This document shows positions 47,211-55,356 of a stretch of 64,000 nt of DNA, in pieces. Both the position numbers and the translations under genes were made by a program. The notes under the pieces were generated by a model, which was not told where the DNA came from, did not search any database, and saw only the letters and a list, made by a program, of their open reading frames with translations. Origin of the DNA: an uncultured Fibrobacteraceae bacterium. Lineage in GTDB: Bacteria; Krumholzibacteriota; Krumholzibacteriia; LZORAL124-64-63. The first letter of the stretch is position 1. Each line of letters begins with the position of its first letter. The stretch is from positions 84,614 to 148,613 of the forward strand of contig CAZWYF010000002.1 in the NCBI GenBank assembly GCA_964637835.1, in the 5' to 3' direction.

Positions 47211-48064
47211 TGAGCGACACCGCCACGGTCCTGAAGGTCGCCGACTACAAGAGCGATCTGAAGCCCATCTGGTGTTCCGGCTGCGGGGATTACGGCGTGA
47301 TCTCGCCGTTCTATCAGGCCCTGGCCGAGCAGCAGGCCGACCCCAAGAGCACGGTCATCGTCTCGGGCATCGGCTGCTCCGGCCGGTTCCCGTACTTCTG
47401 CAACACCTATGGCTTCCATGGCGTGCACGGCCGTGCGCTGCCCACCGCCGCCGGCGTGAAGATCTCGCGGCCCGAGCTGACGGTGGTGGCGGTGGGTGGC
47501 GACGGCGACGGCCTGGGCATCGGCGGCGGACACGTGCCGCACGTCTGCCGCAAGAACGTCGACATGACCTACATCCTCATCGACAACTCGATCTACGGCC
47601 TGACCAAGGGCCAGTCGAGCCCCACCTCGCCCCTGGACATGAAGTCCAAGACGGCGCCCTACGCGTACATCGAGGATCCGCTCAACCCGCTGCTGATGTT
47701 CCTCGCCTACAACGCGAGCTTCGTGGCGCGCGGCTACAGCGGCAAGCCCAAGCACCTGAAGCAGCTCTTCGTGGACGCCATGCAGCACAAGGGCTTCTCG
47801 GTCCTGCACATCTTCTCGCCGTGCGTGTCGATGAACAAGCAGGTCACGTTCAAGACCATGAGCGAGATCGTCAAGCCGCTGCCCGAGGACTGGGACCCCG
47901 GCAACCGGCTGGAGGCCATGAGGATGGCCCTCGACACCAGCACGTTCTGGACGGGGCTGGTCTACAAGGAGGAGCGGGACACCATCCACGAGCGGCTCGA
48001 CGGGATCGTCGAGCGGGTGGGCCAGTACGACGGCCTGGGCGACCTGCTGGCCGAGTTCAAGTAG
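47210..48064 (+). CDS. korB: 2-oxoacid:ferredoxin oxidoreductase beta subunit (TPP-binding, KorB-type)
   Basis: 'IWCSGCGDYGV', 'GIGCSGRFPYF', 'GGDGDGLGIGGGH'. ATG overlaps the korA stop (TGATGA). Confidence 0.85.
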   Translation: MSDTATVLKVADYKSDLKPIWCSGCGDYGVISPFYQALAEQQADPKSTVIVSGIGCSGRFPYFCNTYGFHGVHGRALPTAAGVKISRPELTVVAVGGDGDGLGIGGGHVPHVCRKNVDMTYILIDNSIYGLTKGQSSPTSPLDMKSKTAPYAYIEDPLNPLLMFLAYNASFVARGYSGKPKHLKQLFVDAMQHKGFSVLHIFSPCVSMNKQVTFKTMSEIVKPLPEDWDPGNRLEAMRMALDTSTFWTGLVYKEERDTIHERLDGIVERVGQYDGLGDLLAEFK

Positions 48065-48105
48065 ACGGCACGCGTCGCCAGCGAGCGGATCGACCCCATC
48101 GCGAA

Positions 48106-48166
48106 GGGGCCCCGTCCGGATGGACGGGGCCCCGTTTGCGAGGATGGGGCGCGATCGCGCCCCATC
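48106..48166. terminator. Pair of perfect hairpins between convergent korB and the minus-strand secreted-protein gene (bidirectional terminator candidate)
   Basis: GGGGCCCCGTCC-ggat-GGACGGGGCCCC then TTTG. The 24-nt perfect palindrome GATGGGGCGCGATCGCGCCCCATC follows. Confidence 0.5.
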
Positions 48167-48178
48167 GGCGGGAAGCGA

Positions 48179-48844
48179 TCAGTCGAACAGGCTGCGGACC
48201 TGGCTGAGCGTGGTGGTCTCCACCGGCACGCCGCCGAACGTCGCCTTGAACTGCAGGACCGCGGTGCGGCCCCAGTCCGCGTCGGGATCCCAGGCGCCTT
48301 CGTACCAGGCCCAGGTGTCCACGCCGTTGGCGGTGATCTGGCCGCCGATGCCCGGGTTCTCGTACCCGAAGTAGAACGTCGCGTCGGCGGGGATCATGAT
48401 GTCCGCGGCGGTGACGTCGACGTAGCTGTAGGTGGTGGGCGGGAACTCGTCCGGGTCGCTGCTCGCCGGCGTCCACTGGCCGTTGAAGGTCTCGGTGCCC
48501 ACCGGGCCGGGCAGGGTCTCGGAGATCCACACGTACCAGTCCACGGGGCCGGGGCCGCCGCAGGGCCAGCCGAACTCGATGAGGGTGATATCCTGGCCGG
48601 TGTCGTTGGTCCAGGCGGTGATGAAGTAGGGGCCCCAGCCGTCGGCCGAGCCGCCGGTGGTGGCCGGCCCGTCGATGGTGCCGGTGGTGTTCCACTCCAC
48701 GTCGGCGCGGGTGCCGCTGTTGCCCTGGGCGGGGTTGTCCTGCACGGGCAGGGTCTGCCCGTCCTTGCCGCAGACGCCGTCGGCGGCCAGGACGCCGGAC
48801 GTCATGAGGGCGAGGATGCCGATGATGGTCAATAGCTTCTTCAT
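48179..48844 (-). CDS. Small secreted Trp/Gly-rich protein of unknown function
   Basis: Signal peptide 'MKKLLTIIGILALMTSGVLA'. 'GWPCGGPGPVDWYVWISE', many W/G/T/D. Monocistronic, between terminator hairpins and a divergent promoter region. Confidence 0.55.
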   Translation of the reverse strand: MKKLLTIIGILALMTSGVLAADGVCGKDGQTLPVQDNPAQGNSGTRADVEWNTTGTIDGPATTGGSADGWGPYFITAWTNDTGQDITLIEFGWPCGGPGPVDWYVWISETLPGPVGTETFNGQWTPASSDPDEFPPTTYSYVDVTAADIMIPADATFYFGYENPGIGGQITANGVDTWAWYEGAWDPDADWGRTAVLQFKATFGGVPVETTTLSQVRSLFD

Positions 48845-49049
48845 GAGTTATTACCCCCGGGTTCTCGGGTGAATGCCCACGGCGGTCGGCGATGGTCGCC
48901 GCGTTGCTCCCCTAGCATAGCAGATCGGCCAGGGTCCTGAGAAGGGTCTTGATGGAAAAATCTCAATTGCCGGGATCTCGCCGTGGCTGGCCCCCCGGGG
49001 GGGCCACGTACTATCTTCGCAGAGGCCATCTGTCCCCGGAGGAACCCCG

Positions 49050-50114
49050 TTGCCCGCACACAAGCCCGTCCGCCTCGATGCTCGCATCCCCTGGTTCGGC
49101 GAGGTGCGCCACCTGCTGTCACCCATGGCGGGGGTCACCGACCGGCCTTTCCGCGCCATCTGCCGCGATCTGGGGGCGGACATGGGCTTCTGCGAGTTCA
49201 CCTCCGCCTCGGGCCTCTATCACGAGAACGAGCAGACCTGGCGCCTGATCGACACCGAGGGCGAACCCGGGCGCGTGGGCATCCAGATCTTCGGCAGCGA
49301 CCCCGACCACATGGCGGCCGCCGCCGAGATGCTGCGGCCGCGGCGCCTGGACGTGCTGGACATCAACTTCGGCTGCCCGGCCAAGAAGGTGGTCAAGAAG
49401 TGCGGCGGCAGCGCCCTGCTGGCCGACGTGCCCCTGCTCGCGGAGATCACCCGGCGGGTGGTCGCGGCGGCAGCGCCGGTGCCCGTGTCGGCCAAGTTCC
49501 GCACCGGCTGGGACCACGACAGCGTCAACTACGCCGAGGTGGGCGCCATGCTCCAGGAACTGGGCTGTGTCTGGGTGACGCTCCATGGCCGCACCCGCGC
49601 CCAGAAGTACACCGGCCGGGCCGACTGGGACACCATCGCCCGCCTGGTGGAACTGCTGGCGATCCCGGTGATCGGCAACGGCGACGTGGTCGATGGCGCG
49701 AGCTACCGGGACCTGGTGCGCCACACCCGTTGCCACGGCGTCATGGTGGCCCGCGGCGCCATCGGCAACCCCTGGATCTTCGGCGAGATGGCCGCCGTCG
49801 ATCGCGGCGTGGCCTGGCAGCCGCCGGCGTTCGCGGAGATGTGCGCCACCATCGCCCGGCACGTGCGCCTGGAGGTGGCCCAGCGTGGCGAACGCTCCGG
49901 CTGCCTGGTGGTGCGCAAGCACATCGCTCGCTGCTTCCGGGGCTACCCGGGCGCAGCGCAGCTGCGCAAGCGGCTCTATGCGGAGGAGACCTCGGCCGCC
50001 ATGATCGCCATCCTGGACGAGGCCGCCGCGGCCGGCGATCCGCGGCACGTTCGCGGTGTCGCGCCAGCGATCGCCGGCGCGCAGGAGCAGGAACGGAAGG
50101 ACGTGGCGTCATGA
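49050..50114 (+). CDS. tRNA-dihydrouridine synthase
   Basis: 'LSPMAGVTDRPFRAICRDLGA', 'DINFGCPAKKV' (catalytic Cys), 'GNGDV'. TTG start with GGAGG upstream. Confidence 0.85.
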   Translation: MPAHKPVRLDARIPWFGEVRHLLSPMAGVTDRPFRAICRDLGADMGFCEFTSASGLYHENEQTWRLIDTEGEPGRVGIQIFGSDPDHMAAAAEMLRPRRLDVLDINFGCPAKKVVKKCGGSALLADVPLLAEITRRVVAAAAPVPVSAKFRTGWDHDSVNYAEVGAMLQELGCVWVTLHGRTRAQKYTGRADWDTIARLVELLAIPVIGNGDVVDGASYRDLVRHTRCHGVMVARGAIGNPWIFGEMAAVDRGVAWQPPAFAEMCATIARHVRLEVAQRGERSGCLVVRKHIARCFRGYPGAAQLRKRLYAEETSAAMIAILDEAAAAGDPRHVRGVAPAIAGAQEQERKDVAS

Positions 50115-50902
50115 CGGACTCGCGCCGTGGTCTCGACAGCCGGCGGCTCCTCGCCGTCGCGGCCGCCACGGTCCTGCTCGGCCTGGCCGGTTGCAGCAAG
50201 CAGGTCCCGGCACCGGGGCCGCGCACCGGGGCGCCACCGGCCGGCGAGCAGGTGATCGCGCACACCGTCCGCACCGGCGAGGATCTGCAGCGCATCGCCG
50301 ATCTCTACTATGGCGATCCCGACCGCGCCGATCGCATCGCCGCGGACAATGGCCTGCAACGACCGGTGGATCTGCTGGCCGGCTCGGTCCTGCAGCTGAC
50401 GTTCGCGGCCGACGAGTACGCCACCGCCCGGCGGCGCGCCGCCGCCCTGGGTCCCTACAACCGCGGCGTGGCCGCCCTGGATGGCGGCGACCTCGCCGAG
50501 GCCGAGCGTCAGTTCCGGCTGGCCCTGCGGACGGCCCCCGACCTGACCGACGCGCGCTACAACCTGGCGCTGGTGCTCCTGGATCGCGGGCAGACCGACG
50601 TCGCCGCCGACTCCCTCGCCGTTCTCGCCAGCGAGCGGCCCGCAGATCCGGACATCGGCTTCGCCCTGGGCAATGCCCGCTTCCACCAGACCCGCTACCG
50701 GGAGGCCGCCACCGCGTTCGCCGGCGTGCTCGCGCGCCATCCCGGCCATCGCCGCGCCGCCTTCGGCCACGCCCGCGCGCTGCAGGAGGCCGGCGAGCAG
50801 GCGGCGGCCATCTCCGCCTGGCAGACCTACCTGCGCCTCGATCCCGACAGCGGCTGGGCCGCGCAGGCCCGGCGGCACCTCGGCGAGCTCACCGGTGGCT
50901 GA
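50111..50902 (+). CDS. Lipoprotein with an N-terminal LysM domain and TPR repeats
   Basis: Lipobox 'LGLAGC'. LysM 'HTVRTGEDLQRIADLYYGDPDRADRIAADNGL'. TPR-like 'YNLALVLLDRGQTDVAADSL...'. ATGA overlap with dus and GTG overlap with the downstream ABC gene. Confidence 0.7.
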   Translation: MTDSRRGLDSRRLLAVAAATVLLGLAGCSKQVPAPGPRTGAPPAGEQVIAHTVRTGEDLQRIADLYYGDPDRADRIAADNGLQRPVDLLAGSVLQLTFAADEYATARRRAAALGPYNRGVAALDGGDLAEAERQFRLALRTAPDLTDARYNLALVLLDRGQTDVAADSLAVLASERPADPDIGFALGNARFHQTRYREAATAFAGVLARHPGHRRAAFGHARALQEAGEQAAAISAWQTYLRLDPDSGWAAQARRHLGELTGG

Positions 50903-52271
50903 GCGGCTGCATCTGCACGACCTCAGCCTGGAGCGGGACGGGCCGCAGGGCCCGCTGCTGGTGCTGCGCAACCTGGACCTGGAGCTGGACCTCGCCGGCG
51001 GCGAGCGCCTGGCCCTGATCGGCGGTAACGGCGCGGGCAAGTCGTCCCTGCTGCGGCACCTGGCCACCCCCGGCGTGCTGCCCGGGGTGCGCGCCGGGCT
51101 GGTCTTCCAGGATCCCGATGAGCAGCTCATCGCCGCCACCGTGGCCGAGGAACTGGGCCTCGGCCGGCCCGATCCGGTCACCGGGGACCACCTCGCCGCC
51201 TGCGGCCTCGCCGGCCGCGAGGGCGAGGATCCGCGGCTGCTCTCGGCGGGACAGAAGCAACGCCTGCAGGTGGCCACCGTGCTCGGCGGCCGCCCCGATC
51301 TGCTCCTGCTCGACGAGCCCACCAGCCTGCAGGACGCCGACCAGGCCGCCTGGCTGCGCCAGCAGCTCGACGCGCGTCCGGAGGCGATGATCTGGGCCAC
51401 CCAGCAGGCAGAGGAGGTGGCGCTCTGCCACCGCGCCGTGGTGCTCGACCGGGGCCAGCCGGTGGCGAGCGGCCCGGTGCCGGAACTGCTCGCGCGCCCG
51501 GACGTGCAGGCCTTGCTCGCGCCGGACTACGGGCCGCCGGCGGCCGCGCCGGTGGCGACCGCGGCTGCCGGGCCGGCCGCGCCCGCCGCCGCGCCTGCGC
51601 CCGCGCCCCTGGCCACCGTCGACGACCTGCGCCTCGGCTTCCGCGACGGCGGCGCCCTCCACCTCGCGCGGTGGCGCCTGGCCCCCGGCGACCGCGTGGG
51701 CGTGGTGGGGCCCAACGGCTGCGGCAAGAGCACCCTGCTGGCCGTCCTGGCCGGCCTGCGCCGCCCCGATGCCGGCACCGTCACCCTGGCCGGCCGCCGC
51801 CTCTACGGGCGCGGCCGTCGCGATCTCGACCACGGTCTCTGCGCCCTGGCTCCCCAGCTGCCCGAGTACCTGCTCACCCGCGATACCGTGGCCGCCGAGA
51901 TCGCCCTCGACCCCGGCCTCGCCGGCCAGGATCCGGCCGCGGTTCTGGCCACCGCCGGCCTGGAGCCCGACCTGCTCGGCTGCCATCCGTACGACCTCTC
52001 CGGCGGCCAGCGCCGGCGCCTGGCCCTGGCCCTGGCCCTGGCCAGCGGTCGTCCCCTGCTGCTGCTGGACGAGCCCACCGCGGCCCTGGACGCCGCCGGC
52101 CGGGCGCAGGTGGCCCGCCAGATCGTGGCCAGTCCCCGCGATGGCGCCCTGGTGATCGCGTCCCACGATCGCCCCTTCCTCGCCGCCTGCGGCTGCGGCC
52201 TGCTGGATCTCTCCGGGGGGGCGGCGGCGGGTCCGGCAGGGGGCCCGGCGGCGGCCTTGCACGGCGCCTGA
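50895..52271 (+). CDS. ABC-type ATPase with two fused nucleotide-binding domains (ECF/CbiO-like tandem NBD), no permease gene adjacent
   Basis: NBD1: 'LIGGNGAGKSSL', 'LSAGQKQRLQVA', 'LLLDEPTSLQD'. NBD2: 'VVGPNGCGKSTL', 'LSGGQRRRLALA', 'LLLDEPTAALD'. GTG 50895 overlaps the upstream stop. Confidence 0.8.
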   Translation: MAERLHLHDLSLERDGPQGPLLVLRNLDLELDLAGGERLALIGGNGAGKSSLLRHLATPGVLPGVRAGLVFQDPDEQLIAATVAEELGLGRPDPVTGDHLAACGLAGREGEDPRLLSAGQKQRLQVATVLGGRPDLLLLDEPTSLQDADQAAWLRQQLDARPEAMIWATQQAEEVALCHRAVVLDRGQPVASGPVPELLARPDVQALLAPDYGPPAAAPVATAAAGPAAPAAAPAPAPLATVDDLRLGFRDGGALHLARWRLAPGDRVGVVGPNGCGKSTLLAVLAGLRRPDAGTVTLAGRRLYGRGRRDLDHGLCALAPQLPEYLLTRDTVAAEIALDPGLAGQDPAAVLATAGLEPDLLGCHPYDLSGGQRRRLALALALASGRPLLLLDEPTAALDAAGRAQVARQIVASPRDGALVIASHDRPFLAACGCGLLDLSGGAAAGPAGGPAAALHGA

Positions 52272-52302
52272 CGGCCTGCTATCTTCCCCGGCGTCCACGG
52301 TC

Positions 52303-52396
52303 CTTTTTAACGCGGTCCCGCGAGGCCCGAAGAGGAGGCGGCCGATCCCACGACGGACCCCTGCGCCCCCGGCGCCCGGGCCCGTTTTTTTTGCCC
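52303..52396 (+). promoter_or_regulatory. PyrR-dependent transcription-attenuation leader: PyrR-binding loop followed by a GC hairpin and a T8 tract
   Basis: 'TTTTTAACGCGGTCCCGCGAGGCCCGAAGAGGAGG' closely matches the Bacillus PyrR box 'TTTAACAGTCCAGAGAGGCTGAGAAGGA'. Downstream 'CCCGGCGCCCGGG' hairpin then 'CCCGTTTTTTTT', an eight-T run that is exceptional in 70% GC DNA, 25 nt before the pyrR RBS. Confidence 0.7.
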
Positions 52397-52421
52397 GCTT
52401 CCCAGCCCAGGCAGGAGAATC

Positions 52422-52970
52422 ATGAGTTTCACCGAGAAGGCCGTCATCATGAACGGGGCCGAGGTCACCCGGGCGATCAAGCGCATGGCCCACGAGGTGC
52501 TCGAGGCCAATCACGGGACCAGCGACCTGGTGGTCCTGGGGATCCAGCGCCGCGGCGTGCCGCTCGCCGGCCTGCTGCGCGACGCCATCCAGTCGGTGGA
52601 GGGCGTGGAGCTGCCCATGGGCGCCATCGACATCACCTTCTACCGGGACGACCTCTCCAGGCTCGGGCCCTCGCCCAGGGTGGCCACCACCGAGATGCCC
52701 CTGGACGTCACCGACAAGGTGGTGATCCTGGTGGACGACGTCCTCTACACCGGCCGCACCGTGCGCGCGGCGCTGGACGTGATCATGGACTGGGGTCGTC
52801 CCCGGGCCATCCAGCTGGTGGTGCTGGTCGATCGCGGTCATCGCGAGTTGCCCATCCGTCCGGACTACGTGGGCAAGAACGTCCCCACCAGCCAGAAGGA
52901 GGTCATCAAGGTGAAGGTGGCCGACATCGACGGGAAGCAGGAAGTGGTGGTGGGGGAGGTGGGCGCCTGA
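52422..52970 (+). CDS. pyrR: Bifunctional pyrimidine regulatory protein / uracil phosphoribosyltransferase
   Basis: PRPP loop 'VVILVDDVLYTGRTVRAAL'. PyrR N-terminus 'KAVIMNGAEVTRAIKRMAHEV'. Confidence 0.9.
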   Translation: MSFTEKAVIMNGAEVTRAIKRMAHEVLEANHGTSDLVVLGIQRRGVPLAGLLRDAIQSVEGVELPMGAIDITFYRDDLSRLGPSPRVATTEMPLDVTDKVVILVDDVLYTGRTVRAALDVIMDWGRPRAIQLVVLVDRGHRELPIRPDYVGKNVPTSQKEVIKVKVADIDGKQEVVVGEVGA

Positions 52971-53920
52971 TGAGCCTCAAGCGCAAGGACGTGCTGGGCC
53001 TCGAGGAGATGTCCGCCGAGGAGATCCTCATGGTGCTCGACATCGCCGAGCGGTTCCGCGCCGTCTTCGACCGCCCGGTCCGCTCGGTGCCCATCATGCG
53101 CGGCCGCACCGTGGTGAACTTCTTCCACGAGCCCAGCACCCGCACCCGCATCAGCTTCGAGCTGGCGGAGAAGCGGCTCTCGGCGGACATCGTCAACTTC
53201 TCGGTGGCCACCAGCAGCTTCAGCAAGGGCGAGACCCTGCGCGACACCGCGGAGAACCTGCAGGCCATGAAGATCGACATGCTGGTGGTGCGCCACCGGA
53301 GCAGCGGTTCGGCCCATTACCTGGCCCGGGTGCTGCAGTGCCCGGTGATCAACGCGGGCGACGGCTGCCACGAGCACCCCACCCAGGGTCTGCTGGACAT
53401 CATGACCATGCGCCAGCGCCTGGGCGACCTGCGCGGCAAGCAGGTCACCATCATCGGGGACATCGCCCACAGCCGCGTGGCCCGCTCCAACATCTGGGGT
53501 CTGAGCAAGCTGGGCGCCGAGGTCACCGTCTGCGGCCCGCCCACCATGGTGCCGGGCAACATCGCGCGCATGGGTGTGAACGTGGAGTACGACCTGCAGC
53601 GCGCCGTGGCGCAGGCGGACGTGCTGAACATCCTGCGCATCCAGCTCGAGCGCCACGCCAGCCAGGGCTTCCCCAGCAATCGCGAGTACCACCGTCGTTA
53701 CGGGGTGACCGAGGACGTCGTGCGGGGACTGAAGCCCGAGGCGTTCATCATGCACCCGGGGCCCATGAACCGGAACGTGGAGATCGCCAGCGAGGTGGCC
53801 GACGGCCCGCGCCAGGTGATCCTCGACCAGGTGGCCAACGGCGTGGCGGTGCGCATGGCCCTGATCTACCTGCTGTCCGGCGGCGACCCGGGTGCGCTGG
53901 CGGCCGGCGACGCGGCCTGA
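52970..53920 (+). CDS. pyrB: Aspartate carbamoyltransferase catalytic subunit
   Basis: 'EPSTRTRISFE', 'HEHPTQGLLD', 'HPGP'. ATGA overlap with pyrR. Confidence 0.9.
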   Translation: MSLKRKDVLGLEEMSAEEILMVLDIAERFRAVFDRPVRSVPIMRGRTVVNFFHEPSTRTRISFELAEKRLSADIVNFSVATSSFSKGETLRDTAENLQAMKIDMLVVRHRSSGSAHYLARVLQCPVINAGDGCHEHPTQGLLDIMTMRQRLGDLRGKQVTIIGDIAHSRVARSNIWGLSKLGAEVTVCGPPTMVPGNIARMGVNVEYDLQRAVAQADVLNILRIQLERHASQGFPSNREYHRRYGVTEDVVRGLKPEAFIMHPGPMNRNVEIASEVADGPRQVILDQVANGVAVRMALIYLLSGGDPGALAAGDAA

Positions 53921-53939
53921 ACCCCCGAAAGGACCCGAC

Positions 53940-55253
53940 ATGCAGTGGAGCTGGCAGCGCATCCCGGCGGAGTATCTGATCACCGGCGTCAAGCTGGTGC
54001 GCGGCGGCAAGGTGGCCGGCCGCAAGGGCTTCATCCACGTCAAGAAGGGCCGCATCGAGGCCCTGGGCGTGGGCAAGCCCACCGCCGAGGGCCTCGCGGT
54101 CCTGGACGCCGACGGCCTGCTCCTGGCGCCCGGGTTCATCGACACCCACGTGCACTTCCGCGAGCCGGGCCAGGAAGAGAAGGAGACCGTGGCCACTGGC
54201 AGCCGGGCCGCCGCGTGCGGCGGGTTCACCACCGTGGTGACCATGCCCAACACCGATCCCACCATCGACAACGCCGGCATGGTGCGCTACCTGGTCGACC
54301 GCGCCGCCGAGGCCGGCCTCTGCCGCGTCCTGCCCACCGGCGCCATCTCGGTGGGGCGGCAGGGCGAGGCCATGGCCGAGCTGGGCGCCATGGTGGACGC
54401 CGGCGCGGTGGCCTTCACCGACGACGGCTCGCCGGTGCTCAGCGGCAAGCTCATGAGCAACGCCCTGAAGTACGCCGGTGTGCTGGGCGTGCCCATCATG
54501 ACCCATGCCGAGGACCCCGGCATCGCCGGCGACGGCTGCATGCACGGCGGCTACTGGTCCACCCGCCTGGGCCTGACGGGGATCCCGCGGGCGAGCGAGG
54601 ACAGCGCCACGTTCCGGGACATCGAGCTGGCCCGCGCGGCCGGCGCCCACCTGCACATCTGCCATGTCTCCACGCGGGGCGCGGTGGAGATCATCCGGCG
54701 AGCCAGGGCCGAGGGCGTCAAGGTGACCGCGGAGGCCACGCCGCATCACTTCGCGCTGGATCACAGCCGCTGCCGCGACTACTCCCCGTCCTTCAAGATG
54801 AATCCTCCCCTGCGCGAGCCGGACGATGTGGCGGCCGTGGCCGACGGCCTGGCCGACGGGACCATCGACGGCATCGCCACCGACCACGCGCCCCATACGG
54901 CCACCGAGAAGGAGCTGCAGTTCGACCAGGCGCCCTTCGGCGTGATCGGCCTGGAGACGGCGTTCGCCGCCGGGGTGACCTACCTGGTGGAGACCGGCAA
55001 GCTCGACCTGGGCACCCTGGTGCAGTGCCTGAGCGAGCGGCCGGCCGACGTGCTGGGCCTGCCCCTCGGCCGCCTGGAGGAGGGGCGGGAGGCGGACTTC
55101 GTGCTCCTCGACCCGCAGGCCGAGTGGGTGGTGGACCGGTCGCACCTGCGCTCTCGCAGCCACAACTCCTGCTTCCTCGGCGAGACCCTCAAGGGGCGCG
55201 TGACGGCCACCTTCCTGCGCGGCCGCGCCACCTGGCACCACGAGGAGAGTTGA
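53940..55253 (+). CDS. pyrC: Dihydroorotase (multifunctional-complex type)
   Basis: 'GFIDTHVHFREPG', 'DHAPHT', 'ICHVSTRG'. Confidence 0.88.
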   Translation: MQWSWQRIPAEYLITGVKLVRGGKVAGRKGFIHVKKGRIEALGVGKPTAEGLAVLDADGLLLAPGFIDTHVHFREPGQEEKETVATGSRAAACGGFTTVVTMPNTDPTIDNAGMVRYLVDRAAEAGLCRVLPTGAISVGRQGEAMAELGAMVDAGAVAFTDDGSPVLSGKLMSNALKYAGVLGVPIMTHAEDPGIAGDGCMHGGYWSTRLGLTGIPRASEDSATFRDIELARAAGAHLHICHVSTRGAVEIIRRARAEGVKVTAEATPHHFALDHSRCRDYSPSFKMNPPLREPDDVAAVADGLADGTIDGIATDHAPHTATEKELQFDQAPFGVIGLETAFAAGVTYLVETGKLDLGTLVQCLSERPADVLGLPLGRLEEGREADFVLLDPQAEWVVDRSHLRSRSHNSCFLGETLKGRVTATFLRGRATWHHEES

Positions 55254-55356
55254 CCCGGCCGCGGCGAGCGCCTAGCCTCGCGGCGGAGCGGGAACCACGG
55301 TTGCCGCTCCGGGTTCAACCCCCGCACCAAGGACGCTGCAGGAACCCCCTGATCCT

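Noticed and set aside
55290-55345. 'GGGTTCAACCCCCGCACCA' resembling a tRNA T-arm plus CCA end
   Set aside because: No acceptor stem, D-arm or anticodon arm can be built from the preceding about 75 nt. The would-be T-stem halves are not complementary.
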